Positions 61,401-64,000 of a DNA stretch of 64,000 nucleotides are shown piece after piece (within the stretch, counting starts at the first letter, position 1; every line of letters begins with the position of its first letter). Both the position numbers and the translations under genes were made by a program. The DNA is taken from positions 23,546,571-23,610,570 of the forward strand of contig NC_081378.1 of NCBI RefSeq assembly GCF_030684315.1. The letters are read 5' to 3'. The DNA is from Stegostoma tigrinum (Eukaryota). The notes beneath the pieces were generated by a model. The model was not told the origin of the DNA. It was given only the letters and a program-made list of their open reading frames with translations, and ran no database searches.

Positions 61401-62569
61401 TTCCAATCCTTATTAGTTAATTGAGTTTAAATGAATTTAAATAGGAATTTGAAAAAAAGTCTCAAATTCAAAGGGAACTTGAATTCTTAGCCCTATATTG
61501 TTTCATATTTTACAAAGTACGAAGACAGGTTTTACATATTTGTAGTGACCGTCAAGAAGGTGGAAAACCAGCAGGCAAACTATAAAGGCACAGATCAATG
61601 CCTGTGGGCAAGTGCTGGAATGATGCAAATACTACAGAATAATGCCTGAAGCAACTGCATCATGCAAATAGGTTGTATTACAATGACCTCAGGTATGGTG
61701 GCCTTGGAAAATGTGAATGAGGCAAGATTTTTCAACTATATTTTATATTATGAATGTGTACTAAGCTTGAGGCATAGGTATGCAATTAAAGAGCTGTAAG
61801 TTTGCCTGATGACTTGACAAGGGTGAGCACACTAAATGTTGAACACGTTGTAGTACACATTGATGGAATGTGAATCCTTGCCTGACTTCTCAAAGAAAAC
61901 GTTTTCTGCCTCATATCTGAAATCATGTAGATAACCATTGTATTCACTGAGTCGTGGCTCTCATTGCTACATCACTCTGACACTTGCCTGCAGACACCGA
62001 TCTATGCCTTTACATTTTACCTTCTGGTTTTCCACTTTCCTAACCTCAATAATCACTGACAAATATTTAAAATGTATCTTGGTGTTTTATAAAAGCTAAA
62101 ACAGTATTCTTGCCTCTACAGGCTGCCTAGCTCCAAGCGTTCAGTTTCCATTGAAGTTTTCACATTCCAATCAAAATGGCTAAAGTTGAGCAGATTACTA
62201 TGATTCAAAGTAAACTAATCTGCAAATTTGCAGGCAATTAGTTCACTGCACTGCAGACTTCCTTTGTGCTGGTCAAGAAACTTTTATGTGAACCTTGATC
62301 ACATAATTGGGGCAGATTTGTTCTGTAAAATTCCAAAATATAGATAGCAGTATTATTATTATCTTAAAGAATTTTATTTTTTTTCCCCAACAGAAGGTGT
62401 TAACCATGAGGAAAACTGGATTTTCTACCCTAATGCTGTTCGTACAGCAGGTTTCTGTGGTAATCCCTCTTTCCACCTTTATTGGCCTAATAAAAAGAAA
62501 GATAAGACGCACAATTTCCTAGCTTCACGGGAACTTATTGTAGCACCAGGATACATACTGCAGTTCAGG
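2082..62569 (+). CDS. RELN: Reelin, internal part (21 exons, 1281 codons; end of repeat 4 to start of repeat 8); gene extends beyond both window edges
   Basis: Exons are bounded by AG/GT with compatible phases and sum to 3843 nt with no stop. The translation has Asp-box/BNR motifs ([36 protein letters not shown]), RFRWxQP..WAIDN motifs and EGF-like units, colinear with vertebrate reelin as I recall it. Confidence 0.98.
4040..4165 (-). mobile_element. Old LINE/SINE 3' tail fragment
   Basis: ccatccctaattgcccttg is the reverse complement of the tail at ~25690-25705 and ~42050-42065. Confidence 0.5.
4648..4830 (+). CDS. RELN: RELN exon (~ex38), 183 nt: [20 protein letters not shown]...[10 protein letters not shown](G)
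   Basis: gattcag|GT ... GAAG|gtaaca; within ORF 4620..4967. Confidence 0.96.
5981..6152 (+). CDS. RELN: RELN exon (~ex39), 172 nt: [56 protein letters not shown](R)
   Basis: gacaaag|GG ... CCAG|gtaaga; hand translation. Confidence 0.95.
6668..7249 (+). mobile_element. Penelope-like element, 5'-truncated (C-terminus of GIY-YIG ORF plus pLTR terminus with hammerhead motif)
   Basis: [32 protein letters not shown] matches the end of the ORF at 53870..54187; C-rich linker; terminal ctgctgtgttcatccagc. Confidence 0.9.
7152..7185 (+). ncRNA. Minimal hammerhead motif
   Basis: CTGAAGA a GGG cctaga CCC GAAACGTC ag; helix I weak. Confidence 0.55.
7564..7666 (+). CDS. RELN: RELN exon (~ex40), 103 nt: [34 protein letters not shown]
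   Basis: tgtcaag|G ... GAG|gtaaca; within ORF 7532..7744. Confidence 0.95.
7875..8285 (-). mobile_element. Second short Penelope-related family (7875-7897 plus 8173-8285), interrupted by an HE1 SINE
   Basis: gaactgcagatg...ctggaaatcagaaacaaa...ctggcagcatctg...ttaacatttcggatctggtgacccttc; related pieces at ~24450-24485 and 52874-53196. Confidence 0.65.
7897..8172 (-). mobile_element. HE1-type tRNA-derived SINE
   Basis: Reverse complement of gggcagcacagtg..tcagtggttagcactgc head, V-domain-like core and ccacactgtaggga tail; homologous to 22051-22364. Confidence 0.85.
9794..10020 (+). CDS. RELN: RELN exon (~ex41), 227 nt: [27 protein letters not shown]...HFGRLHLC(G)
   Basis: tttcag|ATT ... TGTGG|gtgagt. 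Confidence 0.96.
10193..11172 (+). mobile_element. CR1/HER1 LINE, 5'-truncated, C-terminal RT plus 3' UTR
   Basis: ORF 10197..10760 [17 protein letters not shown]...SKFADD...WQM...KC.VLHFG...LEYCVQF; tail ctctatgactcta. Confidence 0.93.
11522..15100 (-). mobile_element. Long degenerate CR1 LINE (ORF1 esterase-like, APE endonuclease and RT remnants)
   Basis: Minus-strand fragments: CFRFWSPHY (RT C-terminus), [30 protein letters not shown] and RRGWKRGGG (APE), [13 protein letters not shown] (ORF1); boundaries approximate. Confidence 0.85.
12015..12044 (+). repeat. (AACATC)5 microsatellite inside CR1
   Basis: Direct reading. Confidence 0.85.
15853..16073 (+). CDS. RELN: RELN exon (~ex42), 221 nt: SVRFRWYQG...[22 protein letters not shown] (EGF-like)...KGDFK(G)
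   Basis: tcacag|A ... AAAG|gtttgt; within ORF 15821..16099. Confidence 0.96.
16419..16448 (+). repeat. (TC)15 microsatellite
   Basis: Direct reading. Confidence 0.95.
17384..17732 (+). mobile_element. HE1-type SINE, near full length
   Basis: A box tggctcagtgatt, B-box-like ggtttgattcc, core gtggagcttgcgcattctccc, tail ccacactgtagggatt. Confidence 0.88.
17877..18065 (-). mobile_element. Short Penelope terminus insertion with 14-bp TSD
   Basis: TSD tgcatataaaaaca at 17863-17876 and 18066-18079; colinear with 53398-53590. Confidence 0.9.
18775..18922 (+). CDS. RELN: RELN exon (~ex43), 148 nt: [48 protein letters not shown](R)
   Basis: ttttcag|GC ... CCAG|gtattt; absent from the ORF track, translated by hand. 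Confidence 0.95.
20505..21092. repeat. C/A/T-rich low-complexity tract, nearly devoid of G
   Basis: Degenerate cccctcacac-like units over ~590 bp. Confidence 0.85.
21711..21969 (+). CDS. RELN: RELN exon (~ex44), 259 nt: [12 protein letters not shown]...[21 protein letters not shown]
   Basis: cactcag|G ... GAG|gtggga; within ORF 21685..21987. Confidence 0.96.
22051..22364 (+). mobile_element. HE1-type SINE
   Basis: gggcggcatggtg...cagtggttag...gggttcgattcc...gtggagtttgcacattctc...ccacactgtagggattct. Confidence 0.9.
22470..22640 (+). mobile_element. Old tRNA-derived SINE head (second SINE family)
   Basis: gggttcaaggcccatc..gca..tgaatt.aa.tt.aatt..attctggaat; opposite-strand relatives at ~47230-47530 and ~61190-61450. 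Confidence 0.5.
22850..24950 (-). mobile_element. Degenerate CR1 LINE (5' half)
   Basis: [13 protein letters not shown]; [23 protein letters not shown]...WVELRN (APE); 24150-24420 resembles 14660-14940. Confidence 0.75.
24990..25740 (+). mobile_element. Old CR1/L2-clade LINE 3' region
   Basis: cagcaagacttggac..attcaggcttgggct (QQDLD.IQAW), tacaaagcaca, ctggaactc.ctcccta, aaggcaattaggga; second copy at 40285-42115. Confidence 0.6.
26270..26519 (+). CDS. RELN: RELN exon (~ex45), 250 nt: [17 protein letters not shown]...[10 protein letters not shown]...SCSVTDSCY(A)
   Basis: aaacag|ATT ... TATG|gtaaat; within ORF 26219..26542. Confidence 0.96.
28775..28943 (+). CDS. RELN: RELN exon (~ex46), 169 nt: [13 protein letters not shown]...LPLPPYT(R)
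   Basis: cattcag|CT ... CCAG|gtaacc. Confidence 0.96.
30240..30640 (-). mobile_element. CR1 RT fragment
   Basis: [20 protein letters not shown] on the minus strand. Confidence 0.7.
30713..31024 (+). mobile_element. HE1-type SINE
   Basis: ggtggcacggtg..ttagcactg...tttgattcc...gtggagtttgcacattctccc...ccactctgtagggattctatg. Confidence 0.88.
32575..32715 (+). CDS. RELN: RELN exon (~ex47), 141 nt: [46 protein letters not shown](I)
   Basis: ccaaaag|G ... GCAT|gtaagt; hand translation. Confidence 0.95.
33360..33545 (+). mobile_element. CR1 3' tail
   Basis: cagaaggctgtgg...atcagccat.atcaaatggtggaacaggcttga..ggcaaatggcctaattctgttcctat; similar tails at ~21130-21215, 38520 and 48200. Confidence 0.65.
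34065..34360. mobile_element. Palindromic host element (third family) carrying a nested palindromic Penelope-terminus insert (34109-34259) with 15-bp TSD
   Basis: Outer arms gtcagaagtcac..acatcaggt..cagtccaacaggtttat / ataaacctgttggactataacctggtgtcatgtgacttctgac; TSD atcaggtgacagtcc at 34094-34108 and 34260-34274. Confidence 0.85.
34878..36212 (+). mobile_element. Penelope-like element, 5'-truncated, with inverted partial pLTR at its 5' end
   Basis: 34878-34954 is the inverted terminus; ORF 34958..35590 has C..RKCYTC and [21 protein letters not shown] (GIY-YIG). Confidence 0.92.
36126..36159 (+). ncRNA. Minimal hammerhead motif
   Basis: ct CTGAAGA a GGGT ccag ACTC GAAACGTC ag. Confidence 0.6.
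36470..36980 (-). mobile_element. Harbinger-like DNA transposon remnant (Myb/SANT-like ORF, pseudogenised)
   Basis: [24 protein letters not shown], then after a frameshift [24 protein letters not shown]; possible TIR aaatttagccc at 36970-36980. Confidence 0.6.
37084..37261 (+). CDS. RELN: RELN exon (~ex48), 178 nt: [59 protein letters not shown]
   Basis: tactcag|C ... GGA|gtaagt; hand translation. Confidence 0.95.
38520..39145 (-). mobile_element. CR1 LINE 3' end
   Basis: ORF 38726..38914 [24 protein letters not shown]...RTRGHSLRI...[10 protein letters not shown]; tail (catagaaa)n. Confidence 0.9.
39476..39669 (+). CDS. RELN: RELN exon (~ex49), 194 nt: [27 protein letters not shown]...[10 protein letters not shown]...DQYNKP(S)
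   Basis: tctttag|GGT ... CCTTC|gtgagt; hand translation. Confidence 0.95.
40355..41628. mobile_element. Poseidon-type Penelope element with large 5' inversion and 11-bp TSD
   Basis: [36 protein letters not shown] (41047-41541 +) and its inverted copy; TSD aaaactatctt at 40344-40354 and 41629-41639. Confidence 0.93.
41522..41561 (+). ncRNA. Minimal type I hammerhead ribozyme motif (Penelope pLTR)
   Basis: tca CTGATGA t GTTACC tagaat GGTGAC GAAACGTC tga: intact core boxes, 6-bp helix II, 3-bp helix I, palindromic ACGT in place of helix III. Confidence 0.75.
42355..42690 (-). mobile_element. HER1/CR1 3' end
   Basis: Reverse complement is colinear with 10870-11172. Confidence 0.85.
43011..43264 (+). 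CDS. RELN: RELN exon (~ex50), 254 nt: [22 protein letters not shown]...[22 protein letters not shown](D)
   Basis: attatag|C ... ACAG|gtaaat; within ORF 42952..43272. Confidence 0.95.
44570..44733 (+). CDS. RELN: RELN exon (~ex51), 164 nt: [35 protein letters not shown]...WIVQFK
   Basis: cctgcag|AT is the nearest in-phase AG upstream of the conserved block (weak pyrimidine tract); AAG|gtaaag. Confidence 0.88.
45096..45286. mobile_element. Short palindromic Penelope-terminus element with 14-bp TSD
   Basis: TSD atgactgttattaa at 45082-45095 and 45287-45300; arms ~45133-45189 and ~45226-45284 flank a hammerhead-like loop. Confidence 0.9.
45792..46435 (-). mobile_element. Penelope-like element 3' fragment
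   Basis: [31 protein letters not shown]; colinear with 53433-54082; internal ~39-bp tandem duplication at 46128-46200. Confidence 0.92.
45851..45885 (-). ncRNA. Minimal hammerhead motif
   Basis: Minus strand: tct CTGAAGA a GGGT ctag GCCC GAAACGTC agg. Confidence 0.6.
46617..46831 (+). CDS. RELN: RELN exon (~ex52), 215 nt: [28 protein letters not shown]...LPENLLG(H)
   Basis: ctttcag|ATT ... GGCCA|gtgagt. Confidence 0.95.
48200..48730 (-). mobile_element. CR1 fragments (3' end and RT piece)
   Basis: catagaacataggaacc tail; [26 protein letters not shown]. Confidence 0.8.
49878..50175 (-). mobile_element. HER1/CR1 3' end
   Basis: agtcatagagatatacagcacagaaaca.gcccttc...; colinear with 42355-42660. 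Confidence 0.8.
50802..50979 (+). CDS. RELN: RELN exon (~ex53), 178 nt: [36 protein letters not shown] (EGF-like)...SHPLK
   Basis: atttcag|T ... AAG|gtatta. Confidence 0.95.
52059..52234 (+). CDS. RELN: RELN exon (~ex54), 176 nt: [23 protein letters not shown]...TTDLDLRGT(K)
   Basis: gttacag|ACT ... ACAAA|gtaagt. Confidence 0.95.
52893..53134 (-). mobile_element. HE1-type SINE with internal deletion
   Basis: agaatccctgcagt...ggccattcagcccatcaagtcc...gcagtgctagccactgtgctgccc. Confidence 0.8.
53150..53196 (-). ncRNA. Minimal hammerhead motif with extended helix I (second family)
   Basis: Minus strand: gcag t agtt CTGAAGA a GGGTC actg GACCT GAAATGTT aact ctgc. Confidence 0.55.
53398..55685 (-). 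mobile_element. Penelope-like retroelement, longest copy: RT plus GIY-YIG plus pLTR; 5'-truncated, frameshifted
   Basis: [23 protein letters not shown] (degenerate YxDD), LTFLDL in/near ORF 54184..55311; [30 protein letters not shown] in 53870..54187. Confidence 0.95.
55818..57720 (-). mobile_element. Rex1/Babar-type LINE, 5'-truncated and degenerate
   Basis: PKK...[65 protein letters not shown]; 3' tail cactgtac...gtgacaataaatca. Confidence 0.88.
58047..58352 (+). mobile_element. HE1-type SINE lacking its normal 3' tail
   Basis: gggcagcatggtagctcagtgattggcactgctgcctcacagcgcca...gggtttaaattc... Confidence 0.82.
58370..58501. repeat. 55-bp inverted repeat with 22-nt spacer
   Basis: 58370-58424 vs 58447-58501, 53/55 Watson-Crick. 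Confidence 0.95.
58599..58705 (+). CDS. RELN: RELN exon (~ex55), 107 nt: [35 protein letters not shown](G)
   Basis: tatccag|A ... GGAG|gtgagg; hand translation. Confidence 0.95.
59771..60013 (+). CDS. RELN: RELN exon (~ex56), 243 nt: [14 protein letters not shown]...RLRWWQP...[11 protein letters not shown]...DSFDD(E)
   Basis: tcggtag|GA ... GATG|gtaaga; within ORF 59698..60156. Confidence 0.95.
62394..62569 (+). CDS. RELN: RELN exon (~ex57), 176 nt: [58 protein letters not shown]
   Basis: ccaacag|AA ... AGG|gtaaga; hand translation. Confidence 0.95.
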
Positions 62570-62989
62570 GTAAGATTCTGTTTGGATCATTAACACTTTG
62601 TCTACCTCAGTTATATTAAGGAATCACTGTAAATTAGATCCATGATAAAAATGCCACAGAAGAATTATGACCTGTTGTTCAGGAATGTAACCATTCTCTT
62701 GAATATGAAAAGACCATAAAATATTTTTGCTCCATCCTTTTCCCTTGATCACAATCCCATCTGTTCACCTTCTGCAGCATCCTTCAATCTAAACTCTTAT
62801 TCTTCCTCTCTACTTTGTATCTCCTTGAAAACACACATTTTCTATAGCATTTACTTACCATTACCTTTATTTCATGTAAGCACCAGGATAGGCCTCTCAA
62901 ACCTATCCTGCAATTCAATAAGATAACACCTTCACTTTTACATTAACCCCAGACTCTCTCCCAATCACCATGTCCCTTGATTTCCTATA

Positions 62990-63250
62990 GATGCAAAAGT
63001 CTGTTGATCCCAGTTTTGAATGTAGTCAGCTACAGAGTACCTACAACACTGTGAAGAATTCCAAAAATTCACAACATTCTCAGTGAAAAAAGTTCTCCTT
63101 ACCTTAATTTAAATACCCTACCCTACCCTATGATTATAACCGCTAGCTCTGGACACTCCAACAAGGAAAAACATTCTCTCAGCATCACAACAAAGACTCT
63201 AAGAATATTATACATTTCAATGAGATTGTCTTTCATTATTTCTAGAAAAT
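62990..63250 (-). mobile_element. Highly degenerate CR1 3' fragment
   Basis: gaattcca.aaattcacaac..tct.agtgaa.aaa.ttctcct...ctctggacactcc; similar to 38725-38930. Confidence 0.55.
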
Positions 63251-64000
63251 ACAATTACATACTTCAGAAAAATTACAATTCGTTATCTTCGGTGATGTGC
63301 ATTACTATTTGTGGAGAGAGATGTTTTGTTTGATTTCCTTACTTAATTCTAATGTTTAACTTGCATCTTATAAACTTAAACGGTCTCGTTAAACATTATA
63401 CCTGTAACTGAATCCATGGTGGTTGTCCTTAGCAAGAAAATACTTTTCCAAATGATCTTTTACCATGTATTTGAAGATTATTCCTACTACTGCTACGCTT
63501 GCCAGCACGTGGATTTCCACGTCTGTCTTTGACTGTTTTAAGTAATATTAAGTTATATTAATCCCTTTCAAACTCAGTGCTCTGTTCCAAATCTGACAAG
63601 CCTGCCAAAAGCATATGTACTGGCTACATGTTGCCTGAACAATAGTTTGTTTTAAGAGCATCTAACGTTTTTTAAAAATCAATACTGTTACATTTTTTCT
63701 TGTCTAGCTGATCCTCTGCTGTGACAGCAGTTTCTCTGAAGCACCATAATTGAATCCTATCTTTTAATTGTTTATGAATAAGCATTAGTTATGGTGCAAA
63801 CATAGGCAGAATTTCTTGTTTTTTTGTTTTGATTTACGGTGTTTTGGTAGCTGAAGAGAGAACTTAATTGGCAGGTGTTGTGGAGGAAAACACCAAATGA
63901 AAGGATAAGAGCAGATTAGCTTACCTACGTAGATTTGAGTTAGTAGGTTACCAGTTTCTCCAAAAAACATGCAAATCCGTGGTTAGATAGGGCCTGGCAT

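Noticed and set aside
2082-62569. U12-type or GC-AG introns, or RELN pseudogenisation
   Set aside because: All 20 internal introns are GT-AG without the GTATCCT donor, and the spliced frame is open.
62570-64000. Next RELN exon (expected IVVGC...)
   Set aside because: No matching sequence with an acceptor found; it lies beyond the window. The preceding exon was likewise not found in 1-2081.
1-64000. CRISPR arrays, operons, rRNA or bacterial contamination
   Set aside because: No regularly spaced repeat-spacer structure or gene-dense segment; everything fits vertebrate introns and retroelements.

Overview
Eukaryotic, intron-rich vertebrate DNA, almost certainly from a shark or other elasmobranch (HE1-type SINEs, HER1/CR1 LINEs, abundant Penelope-like elements). 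The whole window lies inside one + strand gene, reelin (RELN). I traced 21 internal GT-AG exons from 2082 to 62569. They join in phase into an uninterrupted 3843-nt/1281-codon frame covering the end of reelin repeat 4, repeats 5-7 and the start of repeat 8 (about human exons 37-57, numbering from recall). The receptor-binding lysines, the dimerisation cysteine and the R6/R7 cleavage site are conserved. The introns hold CR1/HER1, Rex1/Babar and Penelope (GIY-YIG) retroelements, tRNA-derived SINEs and a Harbinger-like Myb/SANT remnant. The structure not shown by the ORF track is at RNA level. About 11 minimal hammerhead-ribozyme motifs from about 4 Penelope-related families are present, three intact on the pre-mRNA strand. 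There are also short (~150-190 bp) Penelope-terminus insertions with 14-15 bp TSDs (two of them palindromic), a ~530-bp inverted repeat, and an unexplained 55-bp hairpin 100 nt upstream of an exon. Nearly all ORF-track entries not listed as features are spurious.
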